Assembly (NCBI GenBank): GCA_900617105.1
Contig: UYFQ01000263.1
Span: 1 to 64,000, forward strand
Reading direction: 5' to 3'
Origin: Hydrurus foetidus
Lineage: Eukaryota
DNA: 64,000 nt
How positions within the stretch are numbered: position 1 is the stretch's first letter; each line of letters begins with the position of its first letter. The notes beneath the pieces were generated by a model, which ran no database searches, was not told where the DNA came from, and saw only the letters and a program-made list of their open reading frames with translations. Of the stretch, positions 51,281 to 64,000 are shown piece by piece. The translations under genes were made by a program, and so were the position numbers.

Positions 51281-51356
51281 GGCTCAGTGGTAGAGCGCCC
51301 ACTTTTCCGCCCCTTTTTGGCGCGCCAAGAGGTCTGCGGTTCAAACCCAGCTTTTT
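51281..51356 (+). promoter_or_regulatory. tRNA-derived A-box/B-box element (not an intact tRNA)
   Basis: D-arm GCTC-AGTGGTA-GAGC, B box GGTTCAAACCC at 51338-51348, then TTTTT; no acceptor or anticodon stem. Confidence 0.6.
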
Positions 51357-51984
51357 CATCCACCTATCGTTTTCGCACTTACTGCACTATGTAGCTTCTT
51401 TAGCGGTACATTTCTTCATGCGAACTCTCAGAGATGTAGCAGAAGACTTTTTGTTTATTTATTTGACATCCAAAATTAGACATTTCACCTGGAGAGGGGT
51501 GGTGTTATAGTTTCCACTATGTATATATCACACGTACATACGCACGTTGCTCACAACCACAAGTTTTTCATTCCAGTTTTCTGTTTCTGATTCTTAGATT
51601 GCTTCAACTCGTGATGCACTCGTTGCCTGTCAATCTCACTCACTTTTCATCGCTTTAAAACTTTAACTGAAACACCTATACCGATACGGCTTCTCTTAGC
51701 CATCTCCGCTATTCTGGACTGACTTTCTTGTCAGCTAGAAGATCTTCGTCTCCTGCTTTCTTGCAGAACGAATCACCGCTTTTCGTCACTTCACGACGTG
51801 CAACCGGCATACTAGCCTAGCAACTCCAAGATGGGCCAAGGGACCTTACGGGGTAAAAAATGGAAAACGAAACGGGCGACGGGTAGTTCAATTTTTCGAA
51901 AATTGAGTGAGGGGCATGTGAGAATTTTTTCCGGTGGCCTGAGTGCGAGATCCGCCTCCTCTCCTTTTAATACCCCCTTGATTA

Positions 51985-54900
51985 TAGCGTGCCAAACGAT
52001 TCAAAAAGAAATCTCCCCCTGGGATCTAAAAAATCCCCCCGGGATTTCCGTCTTCGAGAATATTCTAATTTCTTGGTCCCCTACGGTGGCGTTTTTTTCT
52101 GACATTAAAAAAAATGTTTTACGGAAATCATTTTGTCACTGAAAACATCAAAAGTCAAAAATTCGCTCGATACTACTGCAGCGCAAGCACAATAGAAGTC
52201 AATAAAAAGCAAATCTGAATCAGCCATTGTTCTTGGCAGGGTTTACTAGGCCAATATCAAGAAGAGTCTGGTGTCTTCAGTGAATCTAGGTTCGCAAAAA
52301 TTGGCCGTTTCAAGCGCTTCCAAATGCATATTTCAGCATCAGCCTGCGACGCTCTAGTGGGGATTTTTGATGAAATAGCACCTCATAACCTACATGACAT
52401 CATATGAATCAAAATCCCCAGCAACGGCAGTATCTGGAAGGTCAAAATATCGATCATGAAAAAATTGAAATTCCGGGACAGAGGGGAAAAAATGCTGCTG
52501 ATTTTGAATGCTACTTCCAATTCAGACTGTAGGGTAAATCTTGTCTACCGGATTCAGAAATAGTGCTCAAAAGCTCCGTAAGTGGAAAATTGGTTGTGTT
52601 CTTTAATTGTGTAGTGAGACGCACTGCAACCATTTCGTCGAGGTGAAGGGGGCGTTCCGGGCCTTTTAAAAACTGAAAACTGTAGTTTTCTGCGTGTAAT
52701 GAGAACCGTATTAATGGAAGAATTGTAGAAATCAACCTTTAAACATCAAACACACATTTAAAAAACTATTCTTCCTTGTCTGACAAATGCTCTTAACTAA
52801 TCTCGACGTTCTGAATCGAATGCATGATTCAGATTTTTGTGATTCGATCAGCAAAAAAAGTTGTGACAGGGTCCCAAAACACCGTAGGGGACCAAGAATT
52901 TCTGAAAACTTCGAATTTGAAACCGTCAGGAAATCAAATGCTATCTGGGCACTGGGCGGCGGAGTATGGGATAATTTTTTTAACATAGACTCAACCGGTT
53001 GGTTGGGGGTCTGTATATTAACAGTGTGTGTGATGTGTGAGTAAGAGGTGATTATCCTACCAAAGCGATTAAGTATATGTTAAGAATAATGACATTGGGG
53101 AACTCCTAAATAACTGGACTCATAAATGTAGTTTATGAGAAGGTTCATTAATATGGCATGTCACCGAATGAAGTAAATTTGAGTAACTAATTTTGATGTA
53201 ATAAAATTCATTCCAATTAATAAGTTTAAATTTTTGGAATGAAATATATTGACTTGTGTTGTTGACTAGGTTGTGGTTCTTAATTTTTACGACAAATATT
53301 GGATATTGAGGACTCATAAAAGTAGTTGCAGAGCTATTATTTTCAACTGAGTTGAGTTCTAGGTCCAAAAATAACCTGTAAATTATGTTTGTATACGGAT
53401 AACTTGGCTTCCATGCCTTTAGGCTAAATTAGAGAACAAAATTGGTTACTTTAGCGAGACAGAAATTTTTATTTTGAAAAGTCTCTGAATTATTAAAATG
53501 TCTCTCGTAAATAGAGAAGACCTTGGACTTAATTCCAAACTTGGGGATCTTGTACCTTAATTAATTAAAAAAACCAAAAAAGAAAGAAACGAAACCGTCG
53601 AGAAATCTTGAAGTGGACTTCGAAGATATTCAGCATACCTCTCAACTAATGTCTGCGCATGCACTACTTCACAGATTAAAGTACACTACTGAATTTTGCA
53701 TGGTGACGTCTTGAGTTGCAGTTAGGTTGAGAGATTATCGAAGGAGGACACACTGACGGGTGAGTGGCTGTGGTTGATTTGTCTAGAAGATGATTCGAGA
53801 TTTGCGCAGGCAACATTTACAAATTTGCCACTTACTGAATTAATTATTTGCGCCTAAAAACAGTCAAGATAAAAGAAGACCAAAGATTGTGGACATCTTG
53901 CCGAGGGTCGTGGAAACTGTCATTGAGTGAACTTGAGGAAGGTAAATTTTGTAAAGCATCTTTGTTTAAGGTCCAATGTTTCAAAATTGAAGCATGCTTT
54001 ATGGTGCCGATACGAAAAGTGCAATTTTATATGATATGGATGATGCAAGTTTTTATTGACCTGAAAATAAAATTTATTTACGTGCGTAAAGTAAATATGT
54101 AGAAAATAATTATTTTGTAGATGAAGCTTTTATATTACTGCATTTGTGGGAAGAGAACTCATAATATAAAAAATCAGTACCAAAACGTAGGATTGGTATT
54201 GTTATGTAGTTTTTTATGACTGTTGTTTTGCATGGGGTCAGTTGTGTTTATTTGAGGAATGTATATTAAATTTTCATTCGGAGCGTCTCAATTAAATGCT
54301 GTGTAAATTATTTTGATTACCAGTGATTAATATAAAGTCATACATCAATTAATGTTGAGTTTGTAATCATATGTTACAGGATATTTTAAGTGATGTATTA
54401 AGAAAGAAAAGGAAAATGGACGAAGTATGAGAATACTTGCCAAGGTGTGTAAGTAAATTTATCTTTTATCAATAATGTTATAATGCCTAAGTGTCCTAGG
54501 TTTGATAAACATAGTGTAATATAATTATACCTATTATTTATGTTTGCGTTATTGTTTTGCATGGGGTCAGTTGTGTTTATTTGAGGAATGTATATAATAT
54601 TTGTAATGTACTGCAATATGTAGTAGCTTAATATGATGACTTAGCATCTAATTAATATCAAATTACCATCTAATTTATAGAAGTATAATCTAAAGTGTGA
54701 AAAATCACCATCTAATATTGATTTTTTTTTATTTTTTTTGCAGAATTGAAATTAAATGCTGTGTAAATTATTTTGATTACCAGTGATTAATATAAAGTCA
54801 TACATCAATTAATGTTGAATTTGTAATCATATGTTACAGGATATTTTAAGTGATGTCTTCAGAAAGAAAAGGAAAATGGACGAAGTATGAGAATACTTGC

Positions 54901-56738
54901 CAAGGTGTGTAAGTCATTTTATCTTTTATCAATAATGTTATAATGCCTAAGTGTCCTAGGTTTGATAAACATAGTGTAATATAATTATACCTATTATTTA
55001 TGTTTTCGTTATTGTTTTGCATGGGGTCAGTTGTGTTTATTTGAGGAATGTATATAATATTTGTAATGTACTGCAATATGTAGTAGCTTAATATGATGAC
55101 TTAGCATCTAATTAATATCAAATTACCATCTAATTTATAGAAGTATAATCTAAAGTGTGATAAATCACCATCTAATATTGATTTTTTTTAATAGCATAAT
55201 TGAAATTAAATGCTGTGTAAATTATTTTGATTACCAGTGATTAATATAAAGTCATACATCAATTAATGTTGAATTTGTAATCATATGTTAGAGGATATTT
55301 TAAGTGATGTATTAAGAAAGAAAAGGAAAATGGACGAAGTATGAGAATACTTGCCAAGGTGTGTAAGTAAATTTATCTTTTATCAATAATGTTATAATGC
55401 CTAAGTGTCCTAGGTTTGATAAACATAGTGTAATATAATTATACCTATTATTTATGTTTTCGTTATTGTTTTGCATGGGGTCAGTTGTGTTTATTTGAGG
55501 AATGTATATAATATTTGTAATGTACTGCAATATGTAGTAGCTTAATATGATGACTTAGCATCTAATTAATATCAAATTACCATCTAATTTATAGAAGTAT
55601 AATCTAAAGTGTGAAAAATCACCAACTAATATTGATTTTTTTTTAATGATTTTTTTAGCAGAATTGAAATTAAATGCTATGTAAATTATTTTGATTACCA
55701 GTGATTAATATAAAGTCATACATCAATTAATGTTGAGTTTGTAATCATATGTTACAGGATATTTTAAGTGATGTATTAAGAAAGAAAAGGAAAATGGACG
55801 AAGTATGAGAATACTTGCCAAGGTGTGTAAGTAAATTTATCTTTTATCAATAATGTTATAATGCCTAAGTGTCCTAGGTTTGATAAACATAGTGTAATAT
55901 AATTATACCTATTATTTATGTTTTCGTTATTGTTTTGCATGGGGTCAGTTGTGTTTATTTGAGGAATGTATATAATATTTGTAATGTACTGCAATATGTA
56001 GTAGCTTAATATGATGACTTAGCATCTAATTAATATCAAATTACCATCTAAATTATAGAGGTATAATCTAAAGTGTGATAAATCATTGGATGGATTTGCA
56101 GGTCAGGATGGATAAAGCAGATTGCTTCCTTTCTATTTTGAATTCTGCAAATACGTCAAAATATGGAAACGACAAATTAGATAGATAAAATTTTAACTAT
56201 TGTTACCCTGATGTAAAAATCAAAAAAAAAATTCTCTCGATCATCAAACCTGAAACTTTTGGCTTTGATATCTCATCACCAGTCACTTTAGACTTCGTGA
56301 AGAGTCGCTTTCTCTCACTAAGTTGAAGAGCGTCATGACTGACCACATTTTCCTTTGGTAGAATTTGGAGTCCTTACATAAGAACTTCTACCGCTACTAT
56401 GACGTGTTCATTGATGTTGTGACCGCAAAAATCACACATCATGAATTCACTGTCGTTCTGGAATCGCTGACAGTTCTTGGCGCAGTGGCCAACCCTAACG
56501 CATTTGCCATGACGAAAGTCGTTCATTTTTCTATGAAATGTGAGGGAACGTTGATATCTCAGATGTAGTAATTAGCGTGACACTTTGTTCATGGTTACAG
56601 TATTGTTCAAGAAGAAGTCTAGGCAGAGCGGGTTCTCAAAGTGGGGCCTAGAAATTGGAAAATTCTCGAAGACGGAAATCCCGGGGAGTTTTTTTAAATC
56701 CCAGGGGGAGATTTCTTTTTGAATCGTTTGGCACGCCA
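51985..56738. mobile_element. Non-autonomous TIR element with TA TSD (Tc1/mariner-type ends)
   Basis: ~95-bp TIRs T(A/G)GCGTGCCAAACGATTCAAAAAGAAATCTCCCCCTGGGA..; TA on both sides. Confidence 0.82.
54291..56085. repeat. AT-rich ~460-bp tandem repeat, ~4 copies
   Basis: ATTAAATGCT(G/A)TGTAAATTATTTTG recurs near 54291, 54751, 55205 and 55669. Confidence 0.92.
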
Positions 56739-56746
56739 TAACTATA

Positions 56747-59700
56747 CCGTCGCCGTCCCTTTGTTTGCGGATTTCCCGTGACATAGGACTCCTTTCTGTC
56801 CGATTTTCAGTTATTTGTAAATATCGAACAGCTATCATTCCGAGATATCAATATAAATGAGTTGACAACCGTGTTGCAAAGTGGCCAGAGTTTCTAACAT
56901 GTGCATAAGGGTTCTCTGCAGTACTGAAGTATCAAATTGGAATGGTGAAAATCGATTGAGAAATCTCTGAAAACGTGATACCTATCAATATTTGTCATGA
57001 TGATGTTTAGGACTATATAATGAGATATCCTACTGCTGTAGCCAACTTCTAAGATGACAGAAGGTTTCGTTTGTATATCTACTCTGACATTCGCGAATGT
57101 GCCGCAGGTCAGCATGCTCGCATCAATTAAAAATATAAATTTCTAACTATTATATCCAATTGATGCAGATGACATCTCTTGCGGACGAGTTGTGCGCATA
57201 TTCGGTCGCCATTGAGCTAATTTGTCGTCCTAGTCTGCCCTTGAACTACCAGTGGTCGATTGATGCTCTGACAGCACAGCTGCGGACCAACGATTTTGAT
57301 GGAGATCATAATTTTCGATTCGATGCATTGGCTTTGCATCAAGGCTTGTTCATGTTCAGGAAAACAGTCTAGCAACTAGGTTGCACCATTGTCAGTATGA
57401 ACGTTAAAGGAGTAATGAGAATGGAAGCTTTCATGGACTTGGCAGCAAGGAGCAGGGGAGCAGACATTATTTTCTTGACAGAAAACTCGAATGCACTAAA
57501 ATCACGTGACTTTTTAGTTACAGAGGTGAGCAAGTTGGCTAGTAGACTTCTCAGTAAAACTATCAAAGTTTCATCAAAATACACATCAATAAGCGAGATT
57601 TATGGTGTGTTGTGGCTAAATCAGCTCCGCGACAGTGAAAAAGTAAATGTATCACTGAAGCGTAGAAAAAAAGGTGAAGAGATTGGTGATAGGCAGATGG
57701 GAAAATATGGAAAGGAAGTATATGAGTATGTGTTAACAAAAATCTGTGCAGCAGATGAATCACCGACAATGTACATCAATGCAGCAGCTAAAGAATCTGC
57801 ATTTAGAAGTACTGGTGCTTTAGAGGACGTGCGTTGCAACATCTTCAATGAGGATGACAACGACGGCTCTGTAACTGAGGCACAGATTTTCAGTCATCCT
57901 GCAGTGCGAGAAGTTTTTCGAAAGTTCCCTAACAAGAATGTAACATTTAAATTGCATCAGGTACAATTGGTTATAGCGCTATTTGATGCAGTTGGTACAG
58001 CTCGTAATGACTTAGAGGGTGAGAAATACCATGCTAACAATGTTGTGACTGGCACACACACGAAGGAAATTCTCGTGAAGCATGCAAGATACTCTGAGCT
58101 AGTCGTAAAATCAATTATAAGATGAGTATTGAAAAGGGATGTTGTGAGAAAAATATCGGGCAGAAAAATTTCTGTAGAGTTCGAGGCCGATGTCTGGGGT
58201 AATTTGATGATAAGTGAATTTGAGAAAACAAATGTAAGTTGCATCAAATTTTATTTACATGCAGTGCATCATCAAAGCCCTTTTAGGCAATGTATTCTTT
58301 TCTGTGAGAGTGTCGTGAATTAAGGCATGGTATGCATATATCTATCATAACATAAACCTAAGACGTACGTACGTCTCGTAACGTACATGCGTACATCTCG
58401 GCAGGTCGGAGGCACTATAACAGACGTTCCGCGCATTCCTGTGAGCGTCGCGTACACATATGCGATAATTGAACATGCTGCTATTAAGGTTCAAGCAAGT
58501 GATAGATGGATTAATGACGAAAAAATGAAACCCCTTCAGTTCAGTTCACATTGGGTGAGAAAGTTCCTGAAAAGAGCTAACATGAGAAGACGTAAAATAA
58601 CTACTGATGACAAAAATGTGCCATGAGATGAAGAAATAAGAAGAATAATGGAAATCGGTCAAAAAATGTACAAAGACTTTGGACACAATAAAGATACAAC
58701 AATAAATATGGATGAGACGGCTTTTACTTACGCGATAGGCCCGGAATACATGTACTGTCCACCAGACCAACAACGCGCCCAAAACATTGGTATCCCAAAT
58801 ATTCCTATTATTCCTACGGATAAACATTTTGATTCCTACGGATAAAGACAGTTGTTGCGGTAAGTGGTAATGGTCTGTTTTTGCCTCTATTTGTCATAAT
58901 TAAGCACTCAGTAAGCTCAGAAGAGAGGCCGGATCAGTCAGGAATGAGAGTCATTAGAGATCTCCATAGTAAGAACAAGGGATTTGGTGTTGACGATGGT
59001 TGGGATCTCATTAAATGGACAAAAGATTTGACAATAAAAGGTGTTACAAATACTCATGCGTGTTACTATATCATTAACAATGTTACAGGCAATGTCATAA
59101 CAAGTCAGTACAAAGCATGGAATGACTCAATTAGAATGATAATTAAGCCATTAAAAGAGAAGTTAGGAAAGCTGATGATATGGTTTGATAGTTGTGGGTG
59201 CCATAAGACAGCAATAGTAGATGAGGCAATTATAGAGTTAGGTGTACAGATAGCATGTTTACCCCCCAATATGACGGGCATTTTACAAGTGTTAGATTTG
59301 GTTGTTAATGGACCACTAAAAGCACACACAAGAAATCTCAGAGGAGCTAGGATAGTGGAAAGTTTTCAAAAATTCGTAAAGGAATACAAAGAGGAGTCAG
59401 CAAAAGATGTACATGAACGTGCGTTGCCTGTTTTCCAACCTCTTAAACCCTAAATGCTCCAAGGTATTCAGGATCTGTTTGATCTAATAGCTGGTGGATT
59501 CACAGAACAAAAAATTGTTGATGGGGTTAAAAGGTCATTTGTGAGTACGGGATGCGTTCCAATTGATGAATCAGATGTGTCGGAACCAATATTTAAACAG
59601 TACTCAAAACACAATGTATGTGGAACAATGAAAATCATACCCTCTGGAACTTCTGAATCTTGCAGTAGCATTGACAGTAGCATTGATCCTGCTGATATTG

Positions 59701-61202
59701 CATTAAACGAATTAACAGGAGAAATACCAGGGCTCAATGTTATGTTAGAGTATGACAGTGCCATGTTAGCATATGATCATGAGATTACAGAGGCAATGAA
59801 CTTTATCGCTAATTTGTGATTCCATTTTGATTCGGAAAAAATAATGTGTCTTAAGAATAATAATTAGTTACATGTGATAAAGCATTCAAATTTTATTGAG
59901 AGATTTTTCTTACGACACATATCTGTAAATGCACACTTCTGCAGATTACGAGATTGAATTAGCAATGTAGATGACTATCGTGAAAGAGGGATATCAGGTT
60001 GTGGTTGAATTCTGCATCATTATTACTCAATATGACAACATTCAGTGCATAACCATTTCGGGCGTGTGAAGTGTCACCATCACACAAACAGCAGTCAAAG
60101 GTTACAGAGTGCAGCATATTTGATGCAGTAAGAAAATCTATCATGGGAGCTAGCTTAGCTGCCCACTCCCTCCGTAGATGTCCTATGTGCTCTCCAGGCT
60201 CATAATCTCCTTTGTTGCTGCCCTTCTTGTTGTCAGGTGCTACCACTTGAATACAGTTTGGATCTGATAAAATAGCATATTAAGTCACAGGATGAGTTCA
60301 CAACTTAAACGTCGACTGATCTACGATGACATTAATAACAAGAAAAGTGATAAAAGGCATTCTATTGAAGGATGAACACTTCTAAATGCGCAGATGTTCA
60401 GTCGAGAGGCAGGGAGGAATAGAAATGCTCTATCATATTGAGGTATAGACAGGGGAGAATACTACTGCACATTACAGCGATGTTTTCAAATTCTACGAGT
60501 AAGAAATATACAGAAAATTTGAGCAGCAATTCGCCTCGTTCACCATCAGTGTTGAAATGTCAGATTCAATCAGCGATGAAAAGTTATAGCACTATCATAT
60601 GAAAAAATTCTCCCCGCCAAAAAAATCTCCGCAGTGAAATTCACTACTGCTAATCATGCGGATTGTGCATGTTCCGCTTCAGCCGGCAAATTGAGCCTTT
60701 CCTCACTTTGGTTCCTTCGTCCAGAAAAAAGAGTCCAGTGGCTCGGCAGTTGAAGTCGAGTATTCGCAGCATGGCTGTAATGTGAGATAATAGGTCAGAA
60801 GTCATCTCTAAAATCAACCAGACCTCGTGGCCTGCGGCACATTTCAAATTCGTTTCCATGTACAAATCATGAGATCAATCCGTCTAAGAAATGACGTTAT
60901 CATGATCTACTGAGAATTTGCTGAGCTCCAAACGTACCGTGTCGAAAACGATGACGACTTCTTTCGAAACTTCCAGCGATGCAGTCAGGTCTCAGACGGA
61001 TAAAACCTTCGACGGAATTGATGCAGATATCAACAGCGACAAAACTCTCTACCCAGAATTGCAGAGTGAGCTTTTTTGATAATGTTGTGGTGCTGTGACT
61101 GCAAAAGCCTCATAATGGAGAATATACTTATCTTCGGACAAAAAGGAGTCCTATGTCACGGGTATACACTCGACCCCTCCGCAAACAAAGGGACGGCGAC
61201 GG
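56747..61202 (+). mobile_element. pogo-like Tc1/mariner DNA transposon
   Basis: TIR CCGTCGCCGTCCCTTTGTTTGCGGA..CCCGTGACATAGGACTCCTTT at both ends; TA on the left, TG on the right. Confidence 0.85.
57397..59819 (+). pseudogene. pogo/DDE_1-type transposase pseudogene
   Basis: FSSHWVRKFLKR (CENP-B-type HTH end), INMDETAF, WFDSCGCH, LPPNMTGILQVLDLVVNGPLK; stops near 58624 and 59451, frameshift near 58810-58845. Confidence 0.85.
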
Positions 61203-61211
61203 TGCGTGTTG

Positions 61212-64000
61212 TGTGGTCGTACCGGGTATACCGGGCCTACGGGCCGTACCGGACCTTGTCACGATCCACCCGATCCTTCCGCCTACAGTACACATACAGC
61301 CCTACCACGACTAGCTAGCTAGCTGCAGCCTACTCGTAGAAGTTACCTAGCTTCTAGCATAGTCTGTAACCTAAGCACAACCCGCTCTCTTACCCATCTT
61401 CTTCCCATCAGGACTACAATAGCGCTATTCGTCCAACCTTTCTTCTACTACTTCTCAGTCCATCTACTTGTCCTCAACTTTTAGATAAGACTTCTGAGCG
61501 ATCTATTGTCCGCCACGGCCGACTTCTTTTGCAGCTTTGAGCTCAGAGAACTTTAGTTTAAGTTAGAGAAAGTCAGCATACCTGCTTTCTTGGAATCCCT
61601 AAGCTTGGGCTCTTCCATTCTTTAAGTTTCCGGTCGAAGTCGAAAGATCCTTCCCGAGATTCATTAAAGACCTGCTCCGACGGTAGTTTGAATCACGGAT
61701 TCATCACCGCTGACATAAGATTAGTCAAGAGACGTCTTTTTGTCGCTGAAAAGCAGCAGCTCATACCTTTAAAGGTACTCAAATTTTCTACCACTCAAAA
61801 TTTGGCTCTTACGCCATTGGACTTTTCAGTTCAAGAGTTGGTTAGAATTCTCTAACGCGTTGTTACTGACGTTACAGTACCCGTTAGCGAACAAGGCAAA
61901 CCCCTTGCAAAATTTTTTGACAACGGGGGATTGATCTCTGCTGTGTTTAAGCGAGATACATATCTAGTAACGATATGTCCGCCGCACCTCCATCTCCACC
62001 ACCTCTTGATGAGGAGGAGATTGCTCGTCTCGCAGCGTTGGCTGCCCTCAATGAGACTATTCCAACAAACAGCTCATTGTTTGGTAACAGCTCGCTGACG
62101 ATGCAACTCCAGAGTGAGGTATTCGTGCTCAGACACAACTTCATTGATGAAGCTGATGCCATTGAGTTCTACGAACAGGCTCAACGCAATCCCAACATGA
62201 AGTTGACGGACTGTATGCAGAAGCAGGCAATCGAACTATTGAACTTCAAAATCTTAGTCGACCCTGAATTCAACATCATTGACCGTCGACAACGTCATGA
62301 TTGGTTCACCATATTATCGGTGACTCAGGTAGCCACTCTAGTAGTGAAGTACTTCTGCCCAAACGGTTTGGGGGAGTGTACTTTGGCAGAGAGTTTCAGC
62401 CAGATTCCCTTCCACTACCAGATCGCTAATCACGATCATGAGAATGCCACATTCATTCGTTACAATGAACTTGTGAGCAACTATGAGAGGTCCAAGGGCC
62501 CTCTGACTATGACTCAGCATGCTGAGCTTATTCAGATCTTGGAGAAGCGCCTAGCTAAGGGTAGTCAAATTCAACAAGACTACCTGAGAGCGAAAGCTGC
62601 TGACACCTCACCACCCAACACGGGGACATGGTTGAAGACTATGCTACGCATTGGTCAGGTTCTGGCTGAGGCTAGGTCGATGACGAACCTCATCAAGAGC
62701 TACGGCAACCCGGAGGTAGTGTACTCGTTCCCTTCATCGGCTATTCCGCCTGAGGTTGGTAAAAAGAGACAAGCAGAGCAAGTGTTAAGGCACCCTCACC
62801 TACTCCATCCGGGACGTCTAAGTCACTTACAGCGACTGTGCGTACAACAGGCTCGTACATTCCGACTCAGCACGGACTCGCTGTCCGTGCGTCGACGGAA
62901 GTGCCGTTCGTACCGAACTTGCTAGCGTGCCGTTCGTGCGGGTCTAAGTCGCACATGTTGATTGACTGTCCCATCCTGTATTACTCCGACTCCAATACAG
63001 ACCATTCGGCTGATTGGGAGGATTCTACATTGGGTATGGCTTGGGCAGCGGTAGGGTTTGCAGAATGGCAACAACATCTCGTACTCCCCGGATACGAAGA
63101 TCGCGTTCTGCTACTCCCTAAGGGTTCTAAACCCTACTTGATGTCTAACGACAACAAGCGCCCCAAAACAGCCATGGTGGCGGTAACAACCCCAATGCCT
63201 CTGGTGGTTCAGATCGTTCCAACCAGGGACAAGGGGGTATAACCAAAACCAGGGAACCAAGGTAACCAGGGAGGTGGTTACCATGGCAACCATGGAGGGG
63301 GTAGAGGTAAGCAGAGGGGAGGATACAACCCCAATGCAAACCAAAACCAGGGTCGTGGATCCGGTGGCAGGGGAAACAAATACAACCCCCCACAGGGAAA
63401 CAACCCTCCCTCCTCTTCCAGTTCAGGTCAGGATCAAGGTAAGAACCTTTATTCTGATGACGTGGCTGCTGTCTTTGACAATGATACCCATAATCTGATG
63501 GATAGTCATGTTGAAGAACAGCCACATGTAACTATTCGTGAAGAATTTTTGCATAATCCATCTGTCCTTCCTTCTCATCACCTCAACGTAACTGTTATCG
63601 TGCAGGATAAGGATAGGACTGGCCCAGCAAGCGAGCTGCGTGCCGTTGGAAGAGCCGTGCTGGACACCGCGAACTACTCGGAGGATTTTATTTCTTTTAA
63701 TATGTTAGAAAAATTAAATGCCACTCACCTTTGTTACCCCGCTCCTACAGCTATCACTGTTTGTAGCGGCCTCGATGGTCAATGTTATGTAAATAACGAA
63801 ATTTGCGATTTAAAAATCCTTTTTCATTCTTACGATGGCGAATGCCAGAGCATCAGCTTACCCATGAGGGTTAATAGAAAAACCGAAATTGAAATTTTGT
63901 TTAGCCGTAAGACGGTAAATAAGTATGATTTTTGGTCTTTGACTCCGTTTGCTTTCGGCATATCGCCAGAACTTAGCGCGGAGAACAAAAAGAAAAGCGA
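61212..64000 (+). mobile_element. 5' part of a Gypsy element related to family A (LTR 61212-61418, gag, protease), cut by the window end
   Basis: TG..CA LTR similar to 2243-2449; gag ORFs 61975-62925 and 62838-63242 with CRSCGSKSHMLIDC knuckle; G/N/Q-rich linker; protease-like VLDTANYSEDFIS at ~63657. Confidence 0.87.

Larger units (their letters stand above)
38571..51811 (+). mobile_element. Full-length Ty3/Gypsy chromovirus, family C, interrupted by family B
   Basis: 309-bp LTRs 38571-38879 and 51503-51811 (2 differences seen), TG..TA ends, 4-bp TSD CTAG, PPT GGAGAGGGGTGG at 51491-51502. Confidence 0.95.
31079..51980. mobile_element. P-element-like non-autonomous element (~1.4 kb own sequence) expanded by nested insertions
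   Basis: ~75-bp TIR beginning CAAGGGGGTATTAAAAGGAGAG (left copy split as 31079-31089 + 37327-37393; right copy ~51904-51980); 7-bp TSD ATTATAG. Superfamily inferred only from CAAGG ends and TSD length. Confidence 0.7.

Noticed and set aside
51281..51356. tRNA gene
   Set aside because: Only the D-arm and B box are recognisable; no acceptor or anticodon stem, and internal T runs.
54398..55994. Four similar 72-76 aa ORFs
   Set aside because: Chance ORFs in the AT-rich 460-bp repeat with non-ATG starts.

Overview
Eukaryotic genomic DNA, probably a stramenopile-like protist (weak evidence: short GT-AG introns, an ER protein ending in DDEL). It is almost entirely nested transposable elements around a two-gene host island (SDF2-like MIR protein and a cardiolipin-synthase-like CDP-alcohol phosphatidyltransferase, 28.9-30.8 kb). 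Contents: three Ty3/Gypsy lineages (A, B, C; chromodomains seen in all three), an 11-unit tandem array of LTR plus 3' UTR, and a ~10.8 kb palindrome carrying Harbinger pseudogenes and an 81-bp minisatellite. There are also hAT, MULE, P-like and pogo/mariner-type DNA elements, mostly delimited by TIRs and TSDs read from the sequence. Main finding: all three Gypsy 5' LTRs are followed by a perfect 12-bp palindrome instead of a tRNA primer-binding site. The sequence differs in each family but the register is identical, suggesting tRNA-independent dimer or fold-back priming. Gypsy C also has an IFDN RT active site, a CCCH-finger Gag, an in-frame TAG between gag and pol, TG..TA termini and an antisense papain/C39-like cargo ORF flanked by Pol III box motifs. 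All calls come from reading the sequence by eye; no searches were run.
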